A DNA stretch of 58,138 nt, filler included, from Circinaria calcarea (Eukaryota): NCBI GenBank assembly GCA_051942165.1. It is 5 parts of 5 records of this genome, joined end to end, with 100 filler letters (N's around TTAATTAATTAA, not from the genome) between each part and the next. Parts side by side here need not be neighbours in the genome. Positions count along the whole stretch, not along the records: positions 1 to 11,552 come from JAVECS010000668.1; 4 more parts are not named here. One strand, 5' to 3'. The notes under the pieces are model-generated. The model was not told the DNA's origin, searched no databases, and saw only the letters and a list, made by a program, of their open reading frames with translations. The position numbers and the translations under genes are program-made. Below are positions 1-11,652 of the stretch, piece after piece; the stretch's first letter is position 1; each line of letters begins with the position of its first letter.

Positions 1-477
1 ACGACCGGAAAAGACCTGACAGATCCATGTCTATGCCTCTTCTGCGGGGATATCTTCTGCAGTCAAGCAAACTGCTGTAATAAAAACAAACTTGGAGGCT
101 GCAACCAACATATTCAAAAGTAAGACTACTTCTATTCATTATTGTCAACTCTGCCGCCACTGTTCCTCCTTGATTCACCTAGCTAACCAACTCCTACTCT
201 CCCACACAGATGCAGCCACGGTATCGGTCTCTTCATCAACATCCGCAAATGCACCGTCCTTTACCTACATGCCCGCAATGGCTCCTGGACCCACGCGCCC
301 TATCTGGACAAGCACGGCGAGGTTGATCCCGGGCTCAGGAGAAGCCGCCAGCTGTTTCTGAATCAGAAACGGTACGATGCGCTGTTGCGGAACGTGTGGC
401 TGCAGCACGGGGTACCGACGACGATTTCCAGGAAGCTGGAGGCGGATATTAATAACGGGGGTTGGGAGACTTTGTAA
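1..477 (+). CDS. UBR1: E3 ubiquitin ligase UBR1 (N-recognin), 3' end only; exons 1-119 and 210-477
   Basis: Not in the ORF track. Splicing out intron 120-209 (GTAAGA...GCTAAC...CAG) gives ...DPCLCLFCGDIFCSQ...GGCNQHIQKCSHGIGLFINIRKC...APYLDKHGEVDPGLRR...LNQKRYDALLRNVWLQHGVP...NNGGWETL*, the conserved Ubr1 C-terminus. Confidence 0.93.
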
Positions 478-2070
478 GTAATGTAAGGTGGAAAGGGAAT
501 AGGAGAGGATGAACGGATTTGGGAATGGGGAAATACGAGGCAGTCAGAAGTGATACAACGAATGAAACGAATGACGGAATGGTATGGAAGGAGGAAGGTG
601 GGGTTTTGAAAATCGAACCGGGCGGTAGTGTATTGCATGATGTATGTCTTTAACGATTGAATATCCTTAGATTAAGGAGAATAATATCACGACTTGAGCT
701 TTGCTTTCCTGGCAATGGGCATCTCTCTCTCACACACACACACATTCTCCAACCGATCTCATTAAAAAGAACGTGTAAGAACGGGGAGACTTTTTACAAG
801 AGAATATGGGAGACCTAGCACACTACTATAAATTTCAAAACAGGACCTAGCCTAGTAAACCGGTGTCTAGGTACTACAGTACTTATTATTATTCCCTGAA
901 ACGGGATCTCTAGAACTACAAGCTGTTGGTATATGATGAACGCGGGTGTCCCTAGTCATCAGCCATCAGTCCCAGTCCCAGTCCCCAGTCCCAGTCCCCA
1001 GAAAAAATGTTTTCCTCATCTACCCCTACCGATGATACCATGTTATATACGGGTATCCCTGAATACCTCTTCAACGATTGCCAAATTTTTCCAAAGAAAG
1101 TTGCTGGGGGGTAAAATTACAACCAGCTGGAGTTTCTCGTAATTATTGCGTCGTCTCCCTCACCCCCCCCTTAAAAAAAAAATTGGGCTATGAAAAAAAA
1201 ACTTCACGAAACCGCGGTATGGTACCTGATCATCCATATATGGTAATACAGGTGTGTCAGCTGCCCCCGATGTTGGATGTGGGCAGCAGCACATCTTTTA
1301 CGGAGGAGTACACCATTACTGAACGAAACAGTCGACGCTATGGTACCATAGGGGGTTTGGCTGCCCGGCGGCCATCCATACCATACGGGGAAAAACCCAA
1401 CTCCGTCCCCATGTTCCCCGTTTAGACCGGCCATACTTCAAAAACGGAAGTTTTACTTACATTCATCGTTTGAACGTCGAGCGCGACGCTAGGTGGCGCT
1501 GGGTATTTAACGCTATGGTAGGGGGTGCTGGGTAAAATTACCCAAGCTGGGCTTCGTTAATATTATTACCTCCCTACCACCGAAGAATCCTTGTGAAATA
1601 AAAGATTTTCCCACCGGGTATGCAAAAAAAAAAAGAAAATTAAACCCAACGCAACTCCCAGGGAGAGAGTCATTACAAGGCCGTCCAATCGCTTGCCTCC
1701 ACTTTACGGAGTTCATAAAAATAAAAAGCCATTCGCGTCTTGCAAATCAAAATCCATCATAGAGATTTAGAGTGGAAGGGGGCACCCTTTTTCAGATGGA
1801 ATGAGATGCAAGCCTGATGATCAATGTCTCGGGCGATATGACCCTCGCGAGAGTTGTAGTGGAAAGAAAGCATAGTGAGAATGAGAAAAAAGCCGTGACT
1901 GAGGTGTCCGTGCGAGATTGGTTTCCTGGGATTGCCTTTGTTCTACAGTCTCTAGATAAGACGATGGATCAAGTCGACCCTTGTTGTAACCCCGCCCGGG
2001 CAAAAACTGTCTGGTATCTAGAAGAAATCAAGTAAATCTCCAAGGATCCTGACAGCCTGAAGAGCATAAT

Positions 2071-4336
2071 TTAAACTCCACCTTCACCATGCTCCATTCG
2101 CCCCTGCGCTTCAGCTTCCGCTTCCGCCTCTGTATGATGAAAGGCGTCTCCAAAAGCCGAGTCCTCCAATCCCAGATCAACGCCTTCGTCCCCCCCTAAC
2201 CCATCATCATCATGAACTCCTCCGTAACCGGCCAACTCTTCTCCCGCAGTATCTAAACCCCCAAAATCAACCCCTTCGCCAAAGTCGGTCGCATCGAAAG
2301 CGTCTCCAACTCCTGGAGCGTCATCGGTACTAAAGTCTGGTAGGACGGCATTGGATGAGTCAAGATTCCCTGGTGCTCCGCTGGTAATGTCAGACTCAAA
2401 GGGGGTCAGGTCGGCGAGTAGGTCCGGTTCTGCTACAGCACTGATCGCTTGTTTGTCCACCATGACCCAGTCGTTCGAGTCACCGACATGCAGATTGGGT
2501 AATGGTGCGGTTGATGGATCAGCCATTGTCAGATCAGCGTCGGATTGAGTCGTGGGAAGAGGTGTATAAAATGAACTGGCGTTTTGATTACCAGACCCTG
2601 GCTCCAAGTCAAGATCTGGCATCGTTGGAAGGTTGGGTTGCGAAATTGAATCAGCTTTTGGTTGAAAGGGTTCTTCAGGCCCTGATGATGGGACCATATC
2701 CGATAGTGATGGTCGACTTCCTTCTCCTATAGCTGTCATGGCGCGAACTTCAGGTGGAGCCTTGTCCTCAAGCCCGCCTCTTTGTACACATCGGATATCC
2801 TGCATTGCCTCGATGCGTCGATTGAACGCTGACTCTACCTCTCTCGCTATTTCATTAATCTTTTCCTGCTGTCGCATTGCAGCTATAATTGCATCCCTGT
2901 TGGCAGGGTTATCCGTGTGGACGCCAGGAGTGTTGTGATCTGTCGCAGTCTCGGATGGGTTGATAACCAGCTGCTGTAGTTTCCTATCGGCCTCACGTAT
3001 AACGCCGCCCTTGCTTAGCTTGGCCATTCGCCGAGTATGTTGTCTCTTCAATTTCGCCATCTCTGCACCGATATCAGCGAGTTTTTGAGTTGCACGCTTG
3101 GTGAAGTCTTCTGCTTTCCCAGTTTCTAGTGCACCACTTTTTGGCTGTTGATCGTTGCTGCTGCTTCGCGGAGTCCCGCTTGTTGGTGCTTCAAAAAAGC
3201 CTTGTGTAAGAGCTTCAAGCTCGCCTTTCCGGCCAAGCCCAAGATCCACAGGCATGATTTGGCCCGTTGCATAAGGCGAGGAGAATATTTCTTCCATCCA
3301 TTCATGATGCTGAGTATACCGCATGGTGCTAATGTCTCTAGGTGTGAGAAAGTCCATTAAATCACCCCTGGAAGTGTCCTCTTCATCCTCAATAGTGGGA
3401 TCTTGCGCTATCGCAGCGGCCGCGATTGATGTACTTGACCCAGGCCTTTGGGTAGGAGGTGTCTGGCGTGGACGTTTCGCAGAGGGCTGCGCTATACTCT
3501 GTTGACCTGCCGATGTCTGATGCTCTTGCATGTAGGATTGCTGCTGACTCCTATTCAGATGAGAAATGACATTTCCCGGATACCCTGACATTTGTGGTTG
3601 CGGGTATTGTGCCATTTGACCACCGGGGAGGTGGATTGTTGGCCAGTTGTTACGATCGTGTAGCATGAATTCTTTGCGAATTAGTTGTCCGGATTGTTGA
3701 AGAAATTTCCTTTCTTTCATCATCTGTTGAATTTGAGGAGTGATGGGTATGCGGTTAACGGGGTATTGATTATTGTTTTCTGCTCGTGAATAGTGCACGA
3801 TCCACAATGATGGATCACACGAGACGGTGCTTGGATTTCCATTTGGTGTCAGACGGTATCGACGCCTGCAATGGGTCGCCACAATTTCGTGCGGAGGGTG
3901 GTAACCGCTTCTGTGAATATACATCTCTACAATCTGTGGCAGTAATCCATCAATACATAGTGCATCTACTGAACGGCTACCTTACATAGTCTCCTTGTTC
4001 TTGACTAAAAGCTTGTTCTCCGTCGGCCCATACGTAGCCATCGCTCGCAAATCGCGTCCCTAGTTGTGCCAACGGCTGCCATACCAGCATTACTGTGCCA
4101 TCCGCAGGTGCGTCCAAGAACATCCAGTTCATCGAAGAAACCTCCCTGGCTATCTTTGGGGCTTGGATCAGGTATTGTATGATAGTGTCCAAATTAACAC
4201 TGGTCAGGATGGGGTAGCGATAAGTAGATACTAAGTGTATGTGCGGCAGCTACCATACGGTCAGAACTCATACAATAGTGGAGACGTGGGTTCTACTTGC
4301 CAGCGCTGGCGGGACTCTGTTGCTGGGCTCGTCCAT
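2071..4336 (-). CDS. ssr4: SWI/SNF and RSC complex subunit Ssr4 (DUF1750); exons 4336-4301, 4249-3986, 3933-2071
   Basis: Spliced protein starts MDEPSNRVPPALLPHIHLVSTYRYP...APKIAR...FASDGYVWAD...RRRYRL...DPSLWIVHY and later has RYTQHHEWMEEIFSSPY and LGLGRKGELE. Introns 4250-4300 (GC-AG) and 3934-3985 (GT-AG). Confidence 0.88.
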
Positions 4337-4691
4337 GGCGCCGATGTTATAGTTGCTAGGTGCAACTCCCCTAGGAGCGAACCAGTCGATGTTGCTCGTG
4401 AGGCTGCTCAAATAATAAGCTTTGGTAAGACGTTACGCGACAACCGCCTTGGCATTAACCGCGGTGGTCTAACTCGCGTAAGGGACCCGTGCACAGGGCT
4501 GACTGCGCTTGCGTTGTCAATAGCAGGAAATATATCTACACGGACATATAGATAACAATAACGAGTCATGGTTGTAAAGGGTCTTTAAATCTCTCACCGA
4601 CGTTATGACAGCGCGCAGGTACAGTAGACAAATGCGATATATGCATATGAATTCTATCCTGCTCAATGACAAGATAGCAGCTGCTGAACTA

Positions 4692-6166
4692 CTAGATATC
4701 ATTTTCTTCAGACTTGACATCTCCGATCTCAAACGTTTCCCATATCCTGATTGTACGATCTAAGCCACCGCTCACAATCAGCTCTTGTCCCGGGAGGGTA
4801 TCTAAGCCTAGCACGGGTCCCTCGTGACCGCTCAGAATCTGGAGAATGTTCTTGCTGACCACATCCCAAGCAATAATCAAGCCATCTTCGCTGCCAGATA
4901 CGACAAAGGCCTGATTCCGATCTGCATACACCCCAAAAGCCCCACTGATACTATATCTCTGATTGCGGTGTCCTTGATAAGTCTTGACACACCGGCCTTC
5001 CACGTAGTTCCACAACCGTACACAGGAATCTAGCGTCCAAGCGAGAACGAACTTGCCGTTGGGCGAAAAGCGGACAGAAGTCACTGGAGCATTATCTTCA
5101 TGAACAAGCGTACGCAAGCACTGCCCTGTTGCCGTATCCCAGATCCGTCTAGAAGAAAAAAAAGGTATTAGGACAAGCTTTGAAATAACAGCGAGATGCT
5201 CACATAAGACCGTCACCAGCACAGCTGGCAATAAGTGTCCCATCTCTAATAAAGTCCACCCCTCCGACTGGATCTGAATGTGCTGGCAAAGACCTCATCA
5301 CCCGACCTGTGCGTACATCCCAGACAAACACAGCTTCGTCATAAGAGCCACTGACAAGCATGTTGCCCTTCGGAGAGAAAGCTAGTGAATAGATGTAGTT
5401 GTGATGGCCCAGCAGTGGGACCGGATATGGTTTCCCCTAACATTGAATTAACTTCGATGTTGATGTAGGTTCTTGTAACCAATGGAGCTTACAGTCGAGA
5501 CATCCCATAGTCGAATTGATTTATCATCAGATCCTGAAGCTAGAGTTTTCGAATCAGGACTCCAAGCTATGGTAGAAATGCCGGCTAAATGTCCTTCTAG
5601 GATATGTAGCAGTTTGCCATTCACCGTCTCCCATATTCTGATGGTAGCGTCCGCAGCTGGCATCAGCTATGATTAGTCATGTCACTTGTTCTCGATAGGA
5701 TGAGCTTACAACAGCTAGCTATGCATCGTCCGTCAGGAGAAAATTTCACAGCTGCCACACCCTTCCGATGTCCCTTTAGGGTCAATTTCTGTCTATAGGG
5801 CAGATATGTTTTTTTCTTCACCGGTGGAGATCTTGGTCGTACTGTGTGTATGGAGTCCTCCCGCGAAGGTGCGCTCGCTGAGGTAGTAGGCCCTCTACCC
5901 CTGCTCCTGCTATCCCGATAGAATGTATGAACTGTATGGTCAAGTTCGTCAGGACTGTCATCCGAATCGGTCCCAGTGTAGCTTCTCCGCTTGATGTCCC
6001 CCGAATCATGGCGAGTAGTATTACTTGCCCGCCTTACATAGCTCGTTTCGTGGTCAGAACTGGCGGCCAGCTCGTCTGGAGAGCTGTATCTAGCGTGGGT
6101 ATAGGCTCTGCCATTGACGCGACGCCTTTTTGGGGATCGAGGATTCTCGAGTTCGTAGTCGTCCAT
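4692..6166 (-). CDS. SWD3: WD40-repeat protein, WDR5/Swd3 (COMPASS subunit) family, 4 exons
   Basis: GH...WD repeats across ORFs 5663-6232, 5448-5663 and 4692-5243 (LKGHRKGVAAVKFSPDG, LEGHLAGISTIAWSPDS, TGQCLRTLVHEDNAPVTSVRFSPNGKF). GT-AG intron donors at 5709, 5492 and 5203. Start taken at MDDYELEN. Confidence 0.88.
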
Positions 6167-6460
6167 TGGAAGGATGTCAATCAATTGCGGTCGGATTTTT
6201 AAGACGCGATTGGTTAGGCGGAGTTTGCGCATAACTCGCGCTGGTCAACTAGAACTAGCATAAAAGGATAATTTTGAGCATAAATATGCATGAATCCGTC
6301 ATGAACGCATCCTTTCTGATTCGCCTTACTCCGTATTTGTACCTCTTTTAACCACTCCATCTTCTGTTAGTTTCGATTTGAGAGTCACTCGTTGCTATCG
6401 TCAACAAATTACTCCCAAAAAGTTTCCCTTTTCATTCTCCGTTTTCATTATTGCAGTGGC

Positions 6461-7954
6461 ATGAATGTCTCTAAAGAATCCCCAGAGGCTTTAAACATAA
6501 TAACGTTGAACTGCTGGGGCCTCAAATATATAGCTAAATTACGGAAGGAGAGAATTGAGGAAATAGGAAAACGCATTGCCATAGCCAACCCTGTTCCCAA
6601 CATAGTCGGACTTCAAGAGTGCTGGACGTTTGAGGACTATAAATCTATTCGCCAAGACACTAGAGCAATACTCCCCTATGGAAAATTCTACCATAGTGGT
6701 ATCTTCGGGGGTGGACTTGCTATACTGTCGAAATGGCCAATCGAAGAGAGCAACATGGTTCGCTATCCACTCAATGGTCGTCCTACAGCCTTCTTCCGAG
6801 GTGACTGGTTCGTGGGTAAGGGAGTAGCATGTGCAAGGATCCGGATCGGACCTGGTAGAAAGGACGTTGTTGAGGTCTTCTGCACTCATCTTCATGCACC
6901 ATACGAGATGGAACCACATGACTCGTATCTCTGCCATCGAACCGCTCAAGCATGGGAAATTGCTAAACTGATGCGAGGTGCCGCGGAGAGAGGGCATCTT
7001 GTGCTTGGACTAGGAGACTTTAACATGGTCCCTTTATCTCTCGCCCACCGGTTAATCACTACACATGCGCCTGTCAAGGACGTATGGCGAGTCTTGTACC
7101 CTGACTCATCTATTGGAGCAGCTATAGACTTGGTGGAGAATGCTCGAGGTCGACCAATACCTGATGCTGATTTTAACTTGTCTAAAAATGGTACAACGTG
7201 CGATAGTGTCCTGAACACCTGGCGTTGGAGGAAAGAGGATCAGAAGAAACTGTTCAAGGGCGAGATTATCAATGCGGACCGTCACACCCCTGATCCAAGG
7301 GCAAAACGGCTTGACTATATCTTTTTCGGTTCAGAACGTGGAACATGTTTCCAATGGCGTGTATCAAGTGTCAAGGTCGGTATGACCGATCGTCATCCGA
7401 TAATTGGTTGTTCCTTGAGCGATCATTTCTCCGTGGAGGCAACAATCTCACGTATAGGAGATCCCTCGATAAGCGAGGACAGCAGTATCGCTAAGAGCGA
7501 TTCTCCCTATGCAAAGGAACCCATCACATTTAAAAAGCCGCTTATCTCCAATGGCCACTCTCCCAGAAGCACGACAGCACATCAGCAGACCCTTACCCTA
7601 CCGACCTCAACCTACGAGGAAATCCTCACCATGATCTCAGCCTATACTCTCCGAGAGCGTCGGCAGCGCCGTTTCCGCCTAACCCATTTTCTCGTCTCCG
7701 TACCCATTTCCATCGGCTGTCTAACCGCGGTCTTCTGGTCCCCTCGCAACTTTGTATCTTTTATCCTCATGCTCATCAGCACCTTTGGTCTGAGCGCAGG
7801 GATCATCGACGGGCTTATTGGGGGACTCTTTGTAGGATCGGAGCTTAGAGCCCTCAAGGAATTCGAGTGGGAGATCAGGAATGTTGTGCGGCTTTCAGGA
7901 GGCGTTCAGGTGGAAGAAGGAGTAGAAGGGAGTCTGCGGGATTGGTTTGACTAA
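6461..7954 (+). CDS. ISC1: Inositol phosphosphingolipid phospholipase C (neutral sphingomyelinase family)
   Basis: TLNCWGLK, GLQECW, GDWFVGKG, THLHAPY, GDFN, RLDYIF and SDHF motifs of the EEP fold plus two C-terminal transmembrane segments. Confidence 0.93.
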   Translation: MNVSKESPEALNIITLNCWGLKYIAKLRKERIEEIGKRIAIANPVPNIVGLQECWTFEDYKSIRQDTRAILPYGKFYHSGIFGGGLAILSKWPIEESNMVRYPLNGRPTAFFRGDWFVGKGVACARIRIGPGRKDVVEVFCTHLHAPYEMEPHDSYLCHRTAQAWEIAKLMRGAAERGHLVLGLGDFNMVPLSLAHRLITTHAPVKDVWRVLYPDSSIGAAIDLVENARGRPIPDADFNLSKNGTTCDSVLNTWRWRKEDQKKLFKGEIINADRHTPDPRAKRLDYIFFGSERGTCFQWRVSSVKVGMTDRHPIIGCSLSDHFSVEATISRIGDPSISEDSSIAKSDSPYAKEPITFKKPLISNGHSPRSTTAHQQTLTLPTSTYEEILTMISAYTLRERRQRRFRLTHFLVSVPISIGCLTAVFWSPRNFVSFILMLISTFGLSAGIIDGLIGGLFVGSELRALKEFEWEIRNVVRLSGGVQVEEGVEGSLRDWFD

Positions 7955-8368
7955 TGCTGGTTTAAGAGGGTCTACATGTATCACTAAAACAAAAGGAGGG
8001 TTATAATGTAGAACATTCACAGAAACAAAGGCAGAAAGCTATGTACATATTCATCGGAGCGTGTCCCCTTTATCATCCAACCTCGATGCTCAGATTTATC
8101 CTGAAGGTACATTTTACTTACATTTAAGATGTGATATGAAAAGAGTCCCCTAAAAACCGCTAGCTTGTACTATGCCTTGCGCAGACTTTTCATCTAACAT
8201 CGACGATATTTAATATTGGATGTGCCCATTTGTTTGACATTAAATAGCAATGTAGGGCTTGGTCTTTGACAAATGTATTCTATCTAAACAGGCTGTAAAT
8301 TGTTGGTCGAAGATATAATACTCGATTGAATGTGCTATCTATCTCTTACGCAATGACTCATTCGATTG

Positions 8369-9609
8369 TCAACGGCCTGGGCCCCGGCCTTCTATCCTCT
8401 TAGTCTCCGAGGTGACCTGCCCATTCATGTAAAGCCTCAGTACTTTACGTTGATTTTCAGTCTCAACGTTGACCATGACCAGATCTCTGTCGTCAACACG
8501 GAAATTAGGACTATCCCCATCCCTTGGGTGGTATTCCCTGGACGACGCGCCGCGATATCCCATCTCAGCAAGCATGGATTTTAGTCCTTCGATTTGTTTT
8601 GGATAGAAATAGTCCCTGGGCATCTGATTTGTACTTTCGAGCTCTAAATGTCGGTAGTAACGGGGATCAAAGTGAGGCGCGATGATGAGGGCCTGCGTCT
8701 TCGCTGGTGGGAAGTAGTATGCTGCATTGGGTCTGAACTTCGTATCCAGCATATTTCGGGCCTCTCGAAGGAAGGTTGCATCCATACCCCTCTGTGCAGC
8801 TTGCGTCGTGGCGTCGTCTAACCACCATGGCCCATGGTTACCCCACTCCACTCGGGCTTCATATACGTGGGCAATGAAAGTAGCATAAGGGCTCCAGATA
8901 AGGATAACAGTACATCCACAAAGACCTGTTGTACCAAGGCTGCCCTCTGTCACTGGTTTATTTTCATGGTCGAACCAGATTTTGAGGTCTGCTTCACCGC
9001 TTGGCACATTTATGGCGTTGACACCCTTGCCATCAGCGCGGTCCTGGACCTCTCCGATAGAGAGACCACGCTTCTGAACGGCGAAATTGTGAGGTTGCTC
9101 CTTGAAATACTCCGACCTTACGCCCTTCGGTTTAGATTTGCGAGACGTGCCAGGAGCAGGCTTAGCTGGCGGACCGGTAGTCCCCTTTGATGATGACAGC
9201 TTGCCCTTCCCCTTTTTAGGTTTCCAGGACTTCAGAAGTGTGTCGAGTTTGGGGAGGCATTTGGAACCCTTTCTAGGGGCCTTCTTGCCTTGAAAAGCAT
9301 CCGCCTTACCTCTTTTAGACAGGGCCGAATATTCCTTGTTTGATGAAAACACATAGGTTGGATCAAGGGTTTTGACAGCTGTTTCTCTAGAAGATCCCAA
9401 ACCTTTCTTCTTTAAAAAAGGAGTAGTCAGCTGTTCGTGAGGGACCGCTCGGATAGCGAGGTCTCCGGAGCTTCGCCAAAATGAGTACGGTGGCAATTGC
9501 GAATAGTTAAGAGGTGTGCTTACCATGGCGAGTGTAATCCTGGAGCAGCTTTAATGCTGAAGGCCAAGAAAAAACCTCCTAGAACCGACAGTAAAGGTAC
9601 AAACAGCAT
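8369..9609 (-). CDS. Secreted ~395-aa protein with Lys-rich pro-region and C-terminal CNF1/CheD/YfiH-like Cys-His motif; exons 9609-9524, 9470-8369
   Basis: Upstream exon encodes a signal peptide MLFVPLLSVLGGFFLAFSIKA-AP. Intron 9471-9523 (GTAAGC...AAG) joins it in frame to ORF 8369-9526. Dibasic site VQKR precedes the domain containing TTGLCGCTVILIWSPYATFIAHVYE. Confidence 0.75.
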
Positions 9610-10691
9610 GGTTCCAGCCTTGCTTGAGTAGATGGGTTGATAGCTAGGGTAAGATGAATTCGTACTATCGAGAAGAATAGTCACCGGGACTAGGGTAAAA
9701 TGGAGTAGATGATACGAATATGAGGAGGCGGGAAGAAGGGAAAAGCGCGTGTTTAAGTACTACTGCACGCCTACCATTGCCGAGTTGAGATATTCAAGAT
9801 TTGGTTGCCAAAGAGGCAAGTGGTTGCACACTTCTGATGTTGTAAGATGCAGGGCCGTAGTCAGACTAATTCACATATAGTTCAGATAAAGCAGAGACAT
9901 GTTGGTGAACAACACCTGAACTGTGCTGGTAAAAGGATTCATTGGTGGGCTTTGCAAGAACATCCTATCCCATTGCCTCCAGCAAGGAAACGGCTTTACG
10001 GACCACATGATCTTGATCGATTGACCGTAGCTAAACAGTGTGGCAGGGCATACAGCAAAGAAAATCGCTGTCGGACATTGAACCGCCCAACTATTACAGA
10101 TACCGCGCTCCTAATGGTACCCTACCGCGTTATATTGGTCCGATTCAGTATCATATATAAGTTAGCACAGCACTGAGTTGCGTTTGGATTAAGCTGATAT
10201 GGCGATATACGCCATAAGGCGTGTAGATATGCAGGGTTTCGATTGGTTAGTGTAATGAAGCACTGTTCTGATACTGAGCACGGCTGTGCCACTCGCCAGC
10301 GTAAGCCCGACTTGAGGGTACCTTAGATAGCATTGAGCCTTCGTATCCAAGTTGTAACCAACCACGCCAGCATAACCCGTCACCGGACCTACCCAGCCTC
10401 ACCTATTCCACTTGCTTGTGCCGCCCTTGAACCCCATTCAAACAGATGCCCTCGGCGCTTACTGCGGAGCGTGCCCAACCAACGCCCAACCAACGCAGCG
10501 CTGCGCCTGACATGGGAATCTCAACCTGATTTTACTTATCTAACGTTCGACTGGAAGGGACTACTGACAATAAGTACCCCGTAGCCCTGAGGACCGTTCC
10601 AACACATGAACTCACGGATTCTTGTTTGCCTTGTAGAATACTACCATTTACTTTACATTTTGCCTCTTACCATATAGTACCGTCTACCACC

Positions 10692-11552
10692 ATGTCAGGC
10701 AAAAAACGCGAGCGTGTATGGATTGATAAGACGAGCCCCGAGTGGTACGAGCAGGGCAAGCGTTTGATCGAAGAGGTAGTTAATGCTAGTGCTTCTGGCC
10801 AGCTGCCCAGACTGCAATCGTTGATGGAAAAATGGCTAGCAATGAAAGACCCCAATCCACCCGGAGACGACGTCGATGACCCCTTGTCTCCATTCTCAAC
10901 AGCGCTCGATTGCGCCATTAGGAATGAGCATTTGCATATCATTGGATACTTAATGGACAAGGGTGCCCGGATTACCCGTGTTACATCTACTACGGCCGTA
11001 GTACATGTCAAGTCCATCCCCGTCTTACAGACATTTCTGGATCATGGCTGGGACATCAACGAGAGGCCTGGCTCGGGCTGTCCGCCGTTGAAGTAGACTA
11101 TTGCTCCACTATTCCAAGCATCCGTCCCGAATGTTCATGAAAGGCTAACGATATATTAGATTTGTCCTGCAAGATGAAACTCTACGGAAGTGGTTCCTTG
11201 CGCATGGTGCCAATGCAACGGCCCACGATGATCGCGGATCTTGTGCCTTAGACACCGCTGCCGGCTACATGCCTCTAGCCATCTTGAAAGACCTACTCGA
11301 CCACGGCGCAGAGCCCCGATATAGTAACGCACTCCAAACCGCTGCCCGATGCAAAGTGGGAGGGGTGGCAGCCAACCTGGAGAAAATGGCCTGTCTTCTT
11401 GATTATGGCGCGCCTATCGATGCTTTGGAGTACGAGTGGGATCCCGAGTTGTTCAAGGAAAAACGGAGGTTGTCTCCCAACTCGGCTCTGCATATTGCTG
11501 TATACCGCGGGGATGAAGAGATGGTTGCCTTTCTTATGCAACGAGGTGCGAA
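10692..11552 (+). CDS. Ankyrin-repeat protein, truncated by contig end; intron ~11093-11159
   Basis: Repeats ALDCAIRNEHLHIIGYLMDKGA, FLDHGWDIN, FLAHGANA, LLDHGAEP, SALHIAVYRGDEEMVAFLMQRGA. Intron GTAGAC...GCTAAC...TAG. Confidence 0.88.
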
Positions 11553-11652
11553 NNNNNNNNNNNNNNNNNNNNNNNNNNNNNNNNNNNNNNNNNNNNTTAA
11601 TTAATTAANNNNNNNNNNNNNNNNNNNNNNNNNNNNNNNNNNNNNNNNNNNN
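11553..11652. other. Artificial contig-concatenation linker
   Basis: 44 N + TTAATTAATTAA (stops in six frames) + 44 N. Confidence 0.98.
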
